A stretch of 64,000 nucleotides of DNA from a virus, in IMG/VR virus record IMGVR_UViG_3300009503_000030, positions 6,542 through 70,541 of that record. One strand, given 5' to 3'. Positions 45,480-55,844 of the stretch are shown piece by piece. The notes under the pieces are model-generated. The model was not told the DNA's origin, did not search any database, and saw only the letters and a list, made by a program, of their open reading frames with translations. Each line of letters begins with the position of its first letter. Within the stretch, counting starts at the first letter, position 1. The translations under genes were made by a program, and so were the position numbers.

Positions 45480-47843
45480 TCACGCAGCCATGCGTACGAC
45501 GTGCAGGGTTGTCGTGATCCAGTAGAGGGTTTCCAAGACGGCCACCTTGTACCCGACGTTCATCGCGTTTCCCAGGTCCTCGACCTCGATGGACCTTGGG
45601 TCGAACGCCTTGATCTCGTTGTCCCGCACCTGGCGGGCGAGCTCTTCGCGGACCCGCAGCCGGACCTGCGACGGCAGGATACCCGTCACCTGCTTCCCGA
45701 TGAATGCCTCAAGCGCGCGGCGCATGGACTCGTTCGACCGGTTCACCGACTCGTTCGCGGTGACCGATGAGAACACGGGGTTGTTGTCCACGGCATACGT
45801 GGTCACATCGCGAGACCACCGGAAGCCCGTCGGGCGCTTCTCGATCACGAAGATGCCGGTGGCGATCAGGTCTTCGAGATCGTCCACAACCGCCCACCTG
45901 TCGGCCCCTGAGAGGCTGGCACCGTCCCGCGCATCCACGATGGACACGTAGCGCCAGGTGACACCCTCCCCAGGCGCGCGCCCCGCATCGCACGCCGCCG
46001 CCAGGAGCGCCGTGTAATAGGGGGGCAGTTCCAAGACCTCCCCGTTCTCGTCGAACACGCTGATCGCCTGAGCGAGGAGCGCCACGTTCCGCGAGTTGAG
46101 GAGGGCGCGGCGCTCGGCCAGTTCCCCCCGCGTCGGGACCGACCCGAAACCGAGGTAGGCGTTGCGCGCCACGCCGCCATAGGCCCCGCTCATATAGTCC
46201 ACGTGATCGCGAGTCGCCGCGTGGACTGCCGCCGACCCAGTCAGAGGAACCACGTGCTGAATCTCGAGGTCTGGTGCTTTCAGCAAGTCGAGTGCCGCCG
46301 TCCAGTCGGAGGCCGCCGCAGGGATATTGTCGCTGCCCCCCAGCAGGTACTGGGCCACGGCCATCGGCGCGGGCAGGTCCTTCGCTCCATCCGCGCGCGT
46401 CGCCGTGATATACGTGGAAAGGGCGTTGTTCACGCCGTCCACGAGCGCCTTCAGATTGGCGGTCAGCCCGATCCCATCCGACGAAATCTGCACGGTCTCG
46501 GTCCCCAGGCTTCCGGTCTTGACGATGCTCGTGACCGAGGCCCACGCGATGCTCCCTGCCCCATAGAGCGAGCCTGCCTTGATCGTCACGGTCTCGCTGG
46601 CGGCCTCGTTCGTATCGCGGGCCGTCCCGCTGATCGCGAACGATACGTCGTTCCCAAGAGCCCCAGAAAGCAGGAACGCAAGGCGTCCGGCCCACGCGAA
46701 GGGTGCGGCAACCGGCCCATTGGCCCCCCAGCCCGCCTCGCCCACCGACATCCGCGTGCGGAGCTCCCGTCCAGACACGTGCGGCCAGCTGTCCGGATCG
46801 TAGACCCCCTCCTGGTCCAGGTCGGATACCGGCGCCGTCGAGGTTCCAAGGAGAAGGGCATGATACGAGTCGCCCGCCCCTGTGTAGCGCCCGACGAGGT
46901 GTTGCAGTTCGCTCGTCGTCGTATCCGCCAGGTGCGAGAGGGCCGAAATCCGCAGTTGGGTCGCCGTGGCCCCGAAGTTCCCACTGATCGTGATCGCATC
47001 CACATGTGACCACTGCTTTGTCGTGACCCCGCGCGTGCTGGCACCAGAGATCGTGACGGTCTCCGTATCGGCCTTGCCCGTCTCGCGGTTGACCCCCTGG
47101 ACCTGGATGGACACGGTGTTCCCAGCCCCAGGTGGAGCCAGCGTCCCTGCGTTGTCCGTCGTCTCGAAGACGATGGCCGAGGTGAAGGCTACGCCCGATG
47201 GGAGCCACGCCTTCGACGGCCCTGTGGGTTTGGGGGTGCGTAGCCGCCACTCGATGGCGAACATCGCGCCGTCCAGCGCCACCTGGCAAGACTCGTACAC
47301 GTCATCCTCAGGGATGTCTCCGTCGTATCCAAGACGGACCTTCTGCTGGTTGTACCCAAGGTTGTCCACGGCGGCGCTTTCCGACCGGTAGGCGACGGTG
47401 ACCTTCCGGCCCGCGCCGGCATACCGCGAGGATGCGAGCACCTGGACCTTGATCTCGTTCCCGAAGGCGCCGGCGTCCGCCGCCTTCAGGATGATGCTGT
47501 CCTGATCGCCATCATCCTGCACGGTGAGCGCGGCGTAATCGGCCTTGTTGACACGGACCAGGATCAGGCGGTTGGCACCATTCGGTATCCGTGGGTCCGA
47601 GGACGGGCGAAAGGCCAGTTGACCGATGATCGCCGCGTCCCGCGCCGTGAGAAGACGCCGCAGCGCAGATGCAGAGCGCACGATGATCGGGGTCTGTGGC
47701 GGCCCGCCCCGCACGAACTCCCCAAGCACCGCAATCGTCCCTGTGATGGCCGGACCGAGCCCCGCAAGCGCCTCGGCATCCACCAATGGGAAGACGCCTG
47801 GGCGGAACGTTGTCTGTCCTTGCACGCGAATGGAATCAGGCAT
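45480..47843 (-). CDS. Contractile tail sheath protein
   Basis: RPGV, G....GG.P, GA.GN.I.V, L.GG.D, W..AL..L, VTTY, FIG. Confidence 0.9.
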   Translation of the reverse strand: MPDSIRVQGQTTFRPGVFPLVDAEALAGLGPAITGTIAVLGEFVRGGPPQTPIIVRSASALRRLLTARDAAIIGQLAFRPSSDPRIPNGANRLILVRVNKADYAALTVQDDGDQDSIILKAADAGAFGNEIKVQVLASSRYAGAGRKVTVAYRSESAAVDNLGYNQQKVRLGYDGDIPEDDVYESCQVALDGAMFAIEWRLRTPKPTGPSKAWLPSGVAFTSAIVFETTDNAGTLAPPGAGNTVSIQVQGVNRETGKADTETVTISGASTRGVTTKQWSHVDAITISGNFGATATQLRISALSHLADTTTSELQHLVGRYTGAGDSYHALLLGTSTAPVSDLDQEGVYDPDSWPHVSGRELRTRMSVGEAGWGANGPVAAPFAWAGRLAFLLSGALGNDVSFAISGTARDTNEAASETVTIKAGSLYGAGSIAWASVTSIVKTGSLGTETVQISSDGIGLTANLKALVDGVNNALSTYITATRADGAKDLPAPMAVAQYLLGGSDNIPAAASDWTAALDLLKAPDLEIQHVVPLTGSAAVHAATRDHVDYMSGAYGGVARNAYLGFGSVPTRGELAERRALLNSRNVALLAQAISVFDENGEVLELPPYYTALLAAACDAGRAPGEGVTWRYVSIVDARDGASLSGADRWAVVDDLEDLIATGIFVIEKRPTGFRWSRDVTTYAVDNNPVFSSVTANESVNRSNESMRRALEAFIGKQVTGILPSQVRLRVREELARQVRDNEIKAFDPRSIEVEDLGNAMNVGYKVAVLETLYWITTTLHVVRMAA

Positions 47844-49347
47844 GTCCACCCTCCTCCGCTTCTTCGGTTATCCTACCTGGACCGGCGGCAGTGCGCAATG
47901 GGGCACCAGCGCCGTGTTCCAGACCACCAGCGAGACCACCCAGACCACCCAGACCACCGAGGCCCTGTGGTTGCCCGCCACCAAACAGGCTCGCCGCGTC
48001 AATGAACCCCATTCCAACGCCCAGCTGGATGATCTGGAGCAGGGATGGGTTGGCCGGCAGTTTCCCAAGCCCGCTTGGCAATGGCTGCAACCCGTGCTCC
48101 GCGCGTATCTCGTCCACCGTCATGTAGGCTCGGACCCGCTTGTCGTCAAAATCAGCGCGGTCCCGCTCCGCGAAATCCGCAAGCCCCTGAAACCGAATCA
48201 CGAAGTCAGGATTCAACTGGTTGACGATGTAATGGTTGAGCCACGATTCAAGGTCTCGCAGCAGTGGCCGCAGGCCCTTGTCCCGCCCGATCTGCACCCG
48301 CGTCTCAGGGCTCGATTGAAACACAGCACCCCGCTGGCCCTCCGCCCCAAACTGAAACCCGATCTCCGCAGGATCAATCAGATAGATGCCGCACAAAACC
48401 TTCATCAACCAGTTCATCCACTCGCGGTACTCCATGTCGGAGTTGGCGCGCCCGAGGGAGAGCCACTGGATGTTCGACTTCTCGGTCTTCGGATTCAGAA
48501 TCGGGATACGATGGGCGCTCCCAACGCCCGTGGCGACCGCCTGGAGTTCGCGGCGGAACGCCTGTAGTTGCTCCGGCAGCATCCCGCCTGGCACCACGAG
48601 GATACCCTTCGTGTTCATGCCCTGCCGGAAGTAGTTGGCGTTGTACTGGTAGCCCCAGAGGAACGCCGTCAAGATGTCCACGACCTCGATCAGCTCAGGG
48701 TAGCCGTATCCCATAGACTGGAGGTCGGTACGAGGACGCCGGATTCCGAAGAGCATCTCCTCCGGCGCGAACTCCGCAACGATCTCGTACTCCTCAAGCA
48801 CCTGCACGTAGCCGGATGCATCCTCGTTGATTCGGATGGTTGCCGCATCCACAGGAAGGACACACAACGGTTTGCCGAGTCTGGTGTGGACAATCTGCGC
48901 GCACGCCTGATCGTAGCGCAGAGAGTCTCGCATGAGCGCCCGACAGAGGTACTCGAACGACAGCCTCTGTCGGTAGACGCGGTGCTCCTTGTGCTTGTCG
49001 GCCCATGACCATTCGCCACAGGTCAGCAGCCACCCCTGAATCCGCTCCGCCTCCTTCTCGTCTGCGCGTGTTGGGGACTTCCCATCGCGCCGCACGACCT
49101 TGAAGCCGGTTTCGCGGGGATCGCGGGGTATCCGCGCGAACTCCGCGATCTGGGCGATCCGCGTTTGCAAGATGACGGCGATGATGTGCTTGCGGGACAG
49201 GTCGCGCAACAACGAGTACGAGACGAGGTTCGCGAAGTGCGGGGGCTCGCGCCACTGGGACGCCTGATACCGCGCGTACCACGGATCGTCGAGTGCAGCG
49301 AGTATCACCTCACCAGGGTCGAACGTCTCGCGGTCGCGGGAGGCCAC
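47836..49347 (-). CDS. Portal protein
   Basis: RDSL.YDQ, PVDAATIR, YGYPE, YF.QG...KGIL, DME..., IDP.EIG, TVDE.R. Confidence 0.92.
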   Translation of the reverse strand: MASRDRETFDPGEVILAALDDPWYARYQASQWREPPHFANLVSYSLLRDLSRKHIIAVILQTRIAQIAEFARIPRDPRETGFKVVRRDGKSPTRADEKEAERIQGWLLTCGEWSWADKHKEHRVYRQRLSFEYLCRALMRDSLRYDQACAQIVHTRLGKPLCVLPVDAATIRINEDASGYVQVLEEYEIVAEFAPEEMLFGIRRPRTDLQSMGYGYPELIEVVDILTAFLWGYQYNANYFRQGMNTKGILVVPGGMLPEQLQAFRRELQAVATGVGSAHRIPILNPKTEKSNIQWLSLGRANSDMEYREWMNWLMKVLCGIYLIDPAEIGFQFGAEGQRGAVFQSSPETRVQIGRDKGLRPLLRDLESWLNHYIVNQLNPDFVIRFQGLADFAERDRADFDDKRVRAYMTVDEIRAEHGLQPLPSGLGKLPANPSLLQIIQLGVGMGFIDAASLFGGGQPQGLGGLGGLGGLAGGLEHGAGAPLRTAAGPGRITEEAEEGGHA

Positions 49348-49350
49348 ACG

Positions 49351-51600
49351 TCACTCTCCCTTCTCGTCCTCGGCGTCCAGTTCCTCGGCGAGTTCCGCGT
49401 AGAGGGTCTCGATGTCCTTCGCATCCGGCAGGAGGTCTGGGTACTCCGAGTAGTCGAAGAACTCTGGGACATCCGCCTCGTCCCATTCCATCTGCGCGAG
49501 GTCCATGTTGATCCCCGTATTCACGACCTGCCACGGCGTGAGCGCCTTCACGATCTCGACCTCCGCACTCACATGACGAAGCGCCAGTTGCCACGCCTCC
49601 GCTGGGATGCGCTGCATGGCATTGTTCGGATTCAGCCCACGCTCCGCGAAGCGCTTCTTGAGCTCGTCGCGGATCGCACGCATGGAGACGCGGGTCCGCC
49701 CCCCAACACCAGGGGCCGGACGCGCGAGGTCAAGCACCGTCCGGTAGAGCATCTTCGAGTACCCGACGATCCGGACATCGTTCAGCCGGACCCGCGTTTC
49801 CGCTGGGGCCAGCCGTTGTGCCAGGTCGAGAAGCCGCTTGTGGGTGCGCGCCACATCCGCGCGGCGGTCCTCCAACGGGGGCTCGAACTGGTCTCGCGCG
49901 CTCAGCGCGTCCATGATGCTCTGAGCCAGTTGCTGCGTCTGGACATCGCCGACATTCCCGATGGGCAGTCGGAAGTTGAGGTCGTTGTCGTACTTCCCGC
50001 GGCCCTTTGCGAGCACGAAAACCGTGCCGCTATCGTCCGATTCGACGGTGACATCCGCCCACGACAGGGCCGTCGCGCCGTAGATGTTCCCTTTCGCCGT
50101 GTGCTCGGGGTCGCCGACATCGAACCCCTCCCCGATCAGCCACAACCGGAACGCGGAGTCCACGTCGCGTGGCCCGCCCATCGCCAGCGAGTCGCGCAGG
50201 TGTTTGAAAAGCCTGTCCCCCTCGACCCATTCGCCCCAAACACGGGTGGTCACGGCGAACGAACGCTGTTCGCCGATCTTCCGGTTCTCCGGTGTGCGCC
50301 CGTACATCGGCGTCGTCCGCAGCGGGCGCTCCCACGTCCATCGGGCGCTCCACGCGCCAGGCCCATGCTGGGCCATGGTCTCCGGCGGCCTCACGAACAT
50401 CCCGATGGCCGTCTGCTTCTTGCCGCTTGGCGAGTGGTCGAGACCCGTGGGATACAGGCTGAGGATGAACGCCTGCCCGAGGTTGTTCAGGCCAATGACA
50501 TCAGCCAGATGCCCCAGTTTTTCGCTTTCCTGCGGATCGTGCTCCTCCGGTGTGCCGCCAGGAGTCACCATGTACCCCACGCCGTATTCGGGGTGTTCTC
50601 CCTTGATGACGGCGCACATCTGCACGCGGCCCGTCAGGTCTCGCTGTGGGAACGTACCCTTCAGGAAGGTGTCGTGCGAGATGCCCAGATCGCGCATGGC
50701 CCGCGCGATCTGTTTCTTGCCAAGCCGCTTGTCCTGGACCTTCCCAACGGTTGGTTCCTGACGCTTGTACTCCTGCTTGACGACCGTCTGGCGCTCTGCA
50801 ACCGGCTCCGCCCGCCCGAAGAACGGCTGGAGCGTGCCGTGTACGGAGTCCACCAAGTAGATACTGGTCTTCTGCGGTGCGTAGTCCTCGTAGCGCGGTA
50901 TCCGTCCAGTCGCCGTGGCAGCCTGCTGGAACTCCGGCCACGCATCGGTGAACGCCTGCGAGACCATGTCCTGGGTGATCTGCTCCGGAGCCGTCACATT
51001 GAGCCTGCGGCGAATCACGCCGCCGTATTCCTTCTGTCCGCGCCGCCCGTAGCCCGTGATGTACCCTCCACGCGGTCCCTGCTCGATCATCGGTTTCGGG
51101 ATCACCACGTAGTAGCCACCATCGGCGCCACGCTCGATGCCGACTGCCTGAGGACCGAGGCGTCGGATGCTTCCCCCAAGACCCAAGTTCTTGGGCCACG
51201 GGCTCCCGCCGCCAACCGGAGCCTTCTCGATGACCGGCACATTGAACGCCTTGAGGACCCAGCGCCCGCGCTCCATGACCGCGACGGCCTTTGCGACCTT
51301 CTCTCCGGCCAGTTTCCGCAGGGTTTCCCCGACCTCGGCCCCAGCCTTTTCCGCCGCATCGAGAATCCTGCGGGCGACGGTCCTGCGCTCGTCCGGAGGG
51401 TACTTCTTGTAGTTTTCTGGCTTGCAGAAGTACCCGATGGCCGCACGGATGAACTCGTAGGTCTCGCGTTCATTCTTCCCGTGGATCGGATACTTGCAGT
51501 TGCGCGGGTCCGCGTAGTGCTCGGGCTTCGTGGCCCCGCGCTCCGCGTACTCCTTCGGAGGGCTCTTGTGCCCGCCCTCATGCTCCTTCGGGAGTGGCAT
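49351..51600 (-). CDS. Large putative head-associated protein
   Basis: N-terminal YADP...KYPI...RAA..YF domain, repeated KA motifs; adjacent to the portal gene. Confidence 0.6.
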   Translation of the reverse strand: MPLPKEHEGGHKSPPKEYAERGATKPEHYADPRNCKYPIHGKNERETYEFIRAAIGYFCKPENYKKYPPDERRTVARRILDAAEKAGAEVGETLRKLAGEKVAKAVAVMERGRWVLKAFNVPVIEKAPVGGGSPWPKNLGLGGSIRRLGPQAVGIERGADGGYYVVIPKPMIEQGPRGGYITGYGRRGQKEYGGVIRRRLNVTAPEQITQDMVSQAFTDAWPEFQQAATATGRIPRYEDYAPQKTSIYLVDSVHGTLQPFFGRAEPVAERQTVVKQEYKRQEPTVGKVQDKRLGKKQIARAMRDLGISHDTFLKGTFPQRDLTGRVQMCAVIKGEHPEYGVGYMVTPGGTPEEHDPQESEKLGHLADVIGLNNLGQAFILSLYPTGLDHSPSGKKQTAIGMFVRPPETMAQHGPGAWSARWTWERPLRTTPMYGRTPENRKIGEQRSFAVTTRVWGEWVEGDRLFKHLRDSLAMGGPRDVDSAFRLWLIGEGFDVGDPEHTAKGNIYGATALSWADVTVESDDSGTVFVLAKGRGKYDNDLNFRLPIGNVGDVQTQQLAQSIMDALSARDQFEPPLEDRRADVARTHKRLLDLAQRLAPAETRVRLNDVRIVGYSKMLYRTVLDLARPAPGVGGRTRVSMRAIRDELKKRFAERGLNPNNAMQRIPAEAWQLALRHVSAEVEIVKALTPWQVVNTGINMDLAQMEWDEADVPEFFDYSEYPDLLPDAKDIETLYAELAEELDAEDEKGE

Positions 51601-51603
51601 GGC

Positions 51604-52428
51604 TCACCTCCACCAGACGGTGATCGTCAGAAACAGTCGGCCAATCACGGTCCCAGGGTCACCCGACGCCTTCGCGTAGACCTGCGATCCGCCGAGTCCC
51701 TCCTCAGCAGGGAACGGCGTCTTGACGAATGCGTGGTCCGACGCGACGAGGATCGCGATCTCGGAGCCCATGTTCCCCAGCGTCAGGACGCTGTTCACGG
51801 CATCCCAGCCGGGCGCCAGTTCGACCGGCCCCTGAGCGGAGGCATCCGCCGCAGAGAAGATTTCGTCTGCGTTCGTGCCGCCCCCGATACTGATCGTGGA
51901 GCCCGCCGGTCCTGGGGTCTCGATTGCGAGGAGCGCATCATGGATGATGGCGCCTGATGGCAGCACCCCGATCTGCACCGGCGTCGTGGGCACCGTGACC
52001 GTGAAAGCGATGTTGTAGAGTTGGAGTCTCGCGTTCAGTGCGGTGTCAAGATAGGCCTTGCCGTAGTACGCATCGTCGTGATTGTGGAGGGGCTTCGCCG
52101 CCAGCCGGATGAAGCGCCCCGTCTCTGGCGCCGAGTTGTGGGCGACGATGTAATCCTCGTCGGCCACCGCCGTGGAGTCGGCATCCCAGACATACACACG
52201 CGGGGCTTCCCCGGCGCTGCCCGCGACGACATACACCTGCTCGTCCGCCAGTTTGGAGAAGGTCAGGGACTTCAAGGCAGACAGGCTGTTGACCTTCGCT
52301 CCGATCCGTGTGGCGATCTCGGTGATGCTCGTACCCTCAGAGGCGAGGGCAGATTCAAGTGCCTGCAACTTGTCGAGGAGGCCCGCCCGAATCAATCGGA
52401 ACGGGTTGCGGGTCTTGTACAGGTCCAT
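51604..52428 (-). CDS. putative virion structural protein
   Basis: AAGGAGGT RBS; H.HD..YY; beta-rich C-terminus. Confidence 0.6.
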   Translation of the reverse strand: MDLYKTRNPFRLIRAGLLDKLQALESALASEGTSITEIATRIGAKVNSLSALKSLTFSKLADEQVYVVAGSAGEAPRVYVWDADSTAVADEDYIVAHNSAPETGRFIRLAAKPLHNHDDAYYGKAYLDTALNARLQLYNIAFTVTVPTTPVQIGVLPSGAIIHDALLAIETPGPAGSTISIGGGTNADEIFSAADASAQGPVELAPGWDAVNSVLTLGNMGSEIAILVASDHAFVKTPFPAEEGLGGSQVYAKASGDPGTVIGRLFLTITVWWR

Positions 52429-52433
52429 GACGC

Positions 52434-52469
52434 ACCTCCTTGTCAAAGGTGTCAAAACACCCTTTCCAC
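52434..52469 (-). repeat. Degenerate solitary CRISPR repeat overlapping the MTase stop and the next RBS
   Basis: GTGGAAAGGGTGTTTTGACACCTTTGACAAGGAGGT; 24 of the first 27 nt match the repeat consensus and the 3' arm is replaced by the RBS. Confidence 0.65.
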
Positions 52470-53390
52470 ATCGCAATCTTCTGCGGATGCACGCTCCATG
52501 TCAAGCCCCTCTTTGAGCGCGTGCCAGCCGCTCTGAAACAGGTGCTCCAGGTGCCGCCGGTTGTTCGGATGAAAGAGCCAGAACCTTGCGAGACGCCGTT
52601 CGGCGAGTGTTTCAGAAAGGGAGTAGTTCGCGTACACGGCCTCGACCTTGCGCGCGGCGCTGCCCATCTTGCGCATCCTCACGCGCGTCCGACGCTCGAA
52701 TCCCAGGGCGTCCAGATACGGATGCTGGTAGTGCGAGAGCAGAACCCGCGCCTTCGCCTCCCGCATCCACTGCACCAGGTCGTGAAAATCGTCTTCGGTC
52801 CAGGTACTGCCGTACTGGTTCGTGCTCTCGTAGTACGGCGGGTCCAGATAGAAGAAGTATCCTTCGCGGTCGTAGTCGCGCGCGACGGCGCGCCAGTCGC
52901 GGCACATCAGCACCGCGCGCCTCAGTTTCGCGGAGATCAGTGCGGCGGTGCGGTACGAGAAGGGTACGGCGGTCCCGCGCGACGCGCGATGCCCGAGGAT
53001 ACCGAAGTAGGCGCACGAGTATCCCGCAAGGACGGCGTAGGCCGCCTCCACCGATGGTCTGTCGTGATGGCGGAGGCTCCCAAGTATCCGTCGCACCACA
53101 TGTTCATCCTCATCGGAGTTGGACTGCTCGCGGAGTCGCCGCGCCAGGTCACGCGCCAGGTCTGGGGCGGCCATGACCCGCCAAACGTTCACCACCATTG
53201 GTGACACGTCGTTCAAGATCAGGTTCTTCGGGTCAACGTTCCTCACGTTGAGGTACACCGTCAGCATCCCCCCGAACGGCTCGACGTAGAACCGATGGTC
53301 TGGGAACCACCGATAAATCCAGGGGATGAGGGCGTATTTGCCGCCAGGGTATTTCACAAGGACCAGCGCGTCTCGCAGTTGCGCGTCCAT
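52452..53390 (-). CDS. Dam-family (D12 class) DNA adenine methyltransferase
   Basis: KYPGGK, YVEPFGG, ILND, FYLDPPY. Confidence 0.92.
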   Translation of the reverse strand: MDAQLRDALVLVKYPGGKYALIPWIYRWFPDHRFYVEPFGGMLTVYLNVRNVDPKNLILNDVSPMVVNVWRVMAAPDLARDLARRLREQSNSDEDEHVVRRILGSLRHHDRPSVEAAYAVLAGYSCAYFGILGHRASRGTAVPFSYRTAALISAKLRRAVLMCRDWRAVARDYDREGYFFYLDPPYYESTNQYGSTWTEDDFHDLVQWMREAKARVLLSHYQHPYLDALGFERRTRVRMRKMGSAARKVEAVYANYSLSETLAERRLARFWLFHPNNRRHLEHLFQSGWHALKEGLDMERASAEDCDVERVF

Positions 53391-53437
53391 CGTGCTGATG
53401 GTATCATGATCTTGGGTTTTGACAAGGTGGCACAACG

Positions 53438-54220
53438 ATGGAGGTCGTCGAGATCAAGGTTGCGGACATCCGGCTGCCTGATTGGAATCCACGATACATG
53501 CCTGAGACCGAGAAAGCGGCCCTCCGACGGTCCATCGAGGAATACGGGTTCGTCGAGCCTGTCGTGGTCAACCGCCCGACGATGGAAGTCCTCGGTGGGA
53601 ATCAGCGGGTGATGGTTGCGCGGGAGATGGGGCTTGATGTCGTCCCTGCCGTGATCGTGGAACTGGACGTGGCGCGCGCGAAGGCGCTGAACGTTGCGCT
53701 GAACCGGATTCACGGCGACTGGGATATGGCCCGCCTCCAGGCACTCCTCGCCGAGATCGCGGATGACTCCACGCTTCTCGAAACCACCGGCTTCCGCGAG
53801 GATGAACTTGAGGAACTTCTCGGCGAGATCGCGGCTGATGAAGAGGATGCAGCGGAAGCGGCGGACCTCGGAACGACACTCCCGATGATTTCCAATCGCG
53901 AGACCGACGATGCGACCGACACTTCGGACGATCCGTTCGTGTCCTTCCGATTCGGCGCGTACAAGGACCAGGTCCCACGTATCACCTACGAGCGGTTCTC
54001 TGCGTCGTACGCCGCATGGCGCATGGGCGCAGAAGCCCCTGTCATGGGGCATTTCCTTGAACACCTCATGGAAAGTCTTTCGCGCACACCTGAAAACCAA
54101 GACGGAGGCGATCATGGTGACGGTAGCGGCGATCCAGAGGTATCTGGATCAGAGGCGACAGGTAAGGGGGCACGTGCCTCCCGCGCTCGACGCGGAGCTC
54201 GCGCCCCTCGTTCCGAATGA
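53438..54220 (+). CDS. ParB-like domain protein
   Basis: WNPR, L..SI.EYGFVEP, GGNQR, LNVALNRI.G.WD. Confidence 0.85.
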   Translation: MEVVEIKVADIRLPDWNPRYMPETEKAALRRSIEEYGFVEPVVVNRPTMEVLGGNQRVMVAREMGLDVVPAVIVELDVARAKALNVALNRIHGDWDMARLQALLAEIADDSTLLETTGFREDELEELLGEIAADEEDAAEAADLGTTLPMISNRETDDATDTSDDPFVSFRFGAYKDQVPRITYERFSASYAAWRMGAEAPVMGHFLEHLMESLSRTPENQDGGDHGDGSGDPEVSGSEATGKGARASRARRGARAPRSE

Positions 54221-54779
54221 TGCGGTGATCCTGTTTGACGATGGACGCCAGGCCCTTGCGAAGGACGCGCGGGGGCGGATTCTGGTGGCGCCCGTGGTCA
54301 CGGAGGTTCCGCGGCGTCTGGCGGAGGCATTACGTGCAGTCGCCACAGGCGTGCAGGCCCCCAACTACCTTCTGCGGTTCATCTGGCCACCGCACCAGAT
54401 GGTGGTGGCGGAGGGCCTCGCGGTTCTCTCGACCGGTCCGCTGCGGACGCTTGTCTGGCCGCGGGTGGTCAAGGCGCTTGAGGAGGCCGAAGCCCCCACG
54501 GAGCCCACAGCCACTGCCCCAGCAGAGGCGCCAGACGCAGAGGACACTCCGAACGCGGCGGTAGCGGGGCTGGCTGCGAACGGCGGGATGGCTGCCCTGA
54601 GCGTGCGGGAGGCCGCCGATGCGCTTGGTATCACGTACCAGCGACTCGCGCGGCTCCTTGAGACACAGGTGCCCACCATCTACTGGTTCCGCGACAAGGA
54701 CAACCGGCGATGGGTGCGCAGACAGGCTATCCCTGTTCTGCAAGGTCTGCTAGAATCGGAGGCGGGAACGGAGGTCTGA
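54114..54779 (+). CDS. protein with C-terminal HTH
   Basis: LSVREAADALGITYQRL; GGAGG RBS. Confidence 0.6.
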   Translation: MVTVAAIQRYLDQRRQVRGHVPPALDAELAPLVPNDAVILFDDGRQALAKDARGRILVAPVVTEVPRRLAEALRAVATGVQAPNYLLRFIWPPHQMVVAEGLAVLSTGPLRTLVWPRVVKALEEAEAPTEPTATAPAEAPDAEDTPNAAVAGLAANGGMAALSVREAADALGITYQRLARLLETQVPTIYWFRDKDNRRWVRRQAIPVLQGLLESEAGTEV

Positions 54780-54780
54780 A

Positions 54781-55062
54781 ATGGCCGCCCGCACGAAGAC
54801 CGTCGCCTTCGTTCTTGACACGCAAATCCGCGCGCTTTCCAAACTGCGCGACATGGTGCTCGCGGCTGGGGAGGTGGACCCTGAGACCGCGAAGACCATC
54901 GCCGCGTTGTCTCGCGGCATCCTTGTCGCCGTAGAGACCCAGATGGAGGTCGAGCGGTTCGATGGTGTCGAGCACGCGGATGTCGAGTTCTCCCAAGATG
55001 AACTGGGGCGGCTACTGGCGCTTGTCGGGGAGCAGGAGAGCGCGGAGGAACCGGTCGCATGA
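54781..55062 (+). CDS. hypothetical protein (possible small terminase)
   Basis: Helical 93-aa ORF with RBS; function is a guess. Confidence 0.5.
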   Translation: MAARTKTVAFVLDTQIRALSKLRDMVLAAGEVDPETAKTIAALSRGILVAVETQMEVERFDGVEHADVEFSQDELGRLLALVGEQESAEEPVA

Positions 55063-55469
55063 GCAGTGGAACGCTGACCCAGCATTTCGCGATCCACGAG
55101 TTTCAGTGCGCCCACGGGCTCATTGGGAATATCGAGGCGGCGCGCGTCGTCTGCGCGCAGTTGGAAGCCCTCCGCGCGGAGGTGGGGAAACCCATCGTTA
55201 TCATCTCCGGATACCGGTGCCCTGAGTGCAACAGGGCGGCCCAGGGGGCCACGCACTCCCAGCATCTCTTGTCTCGCGCCGCGGACATCGTGATCGAGGG
55301 ACTGGCGCCTGATGCGGTGGCCGCGATCATCGCCAAGTTGATCAACGATGGCCGGATGCAACAGGGTGGGATCGGCATCTACTACGCGGAGCGCGGCACC
55401 CGTCGGCGCCCGTTTACCCATTACGATATTCGTGGGTATCCGGCTCGTTGGAGCGTACCACGGAGGTGA
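55059..55469 (+). CDS. Peptidase M15A endolysin
   Basis: HF...EF.C, SGYRC...N, SQH...AADI, GIGIY, H.DIRG...RW. Confidence 0.9.
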   Translation: MSSGTLTQHFAIHEFQCAHGLIGNIEAARVVCAQLEALRAEVGKPIVIISGYRCPECNRAAQGATHSQHLLSRAADIVIEGLAPDAVAAIIAKLINDGRMQQGGIGIYYAERGTRRRPFTHYDIRGYPARWSVPRR

Positions 55470-55472
55470 AAG

Positions 55473-55844
55473 ATGGCGGCGACCGACGATGGAATCCTCT
55501 TGGGGCGGATCGAGGATATCTGCCGGCGCCTCGAGACGGTGGATAACCGGCTCGATGCCATGAGGCGGGAGTTCGCGGACTTCCGGGCCACGATCAGCGC
55601 GTGGCGCGGCGAGACCGAGCAGCGCCTGGAGCAAGGCACAAAGACCTTCGCGGCGCAAGGACGGAGGCTCGACCGCCTCGAGGCTGTCGCGGACGCGGCG
55701 AAGGTCGGTTGCGCAGCCGAGAAGCGGATTGCGGACTCGGCGCGCGAACGGCGAGACCTGATGCGAACGGTTGCCACGATCCTGACGGCGGCGGCGGCGT
55801 TCACCTCGCTGGCGGTCACGCTCTGGTATCAGGTGATCCGATGA
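55473..55844 (+). CDS. Coiled-coil protein with C-terminal TM helix (holin-like)
   Basis: Follows the endolysin; hydrophobic C-terminus. Confidence 0.6.
   Translation: MAATDDGILLGRIEDICRRLETVDNRLDAMRREFADFRATISAWRGETEQRLEQGTKTFAAQGRRLDRLEAVADAAKVGCAAEKRIADSARERRDLMRTVATILTAAAAFTSLAVTLWYQVIR

Noticed and set aside
46414-46436. GTGGAAAGGGC in the sheath gene
   Set aside because: Only the 5' 11 nt match; no stem or GAGAC end.
50659-50686. Minus-strand GGGCATCTCGCACGACACCTT
   Set aside because: Needs a 4-nt gap and lacks the 3' arm.
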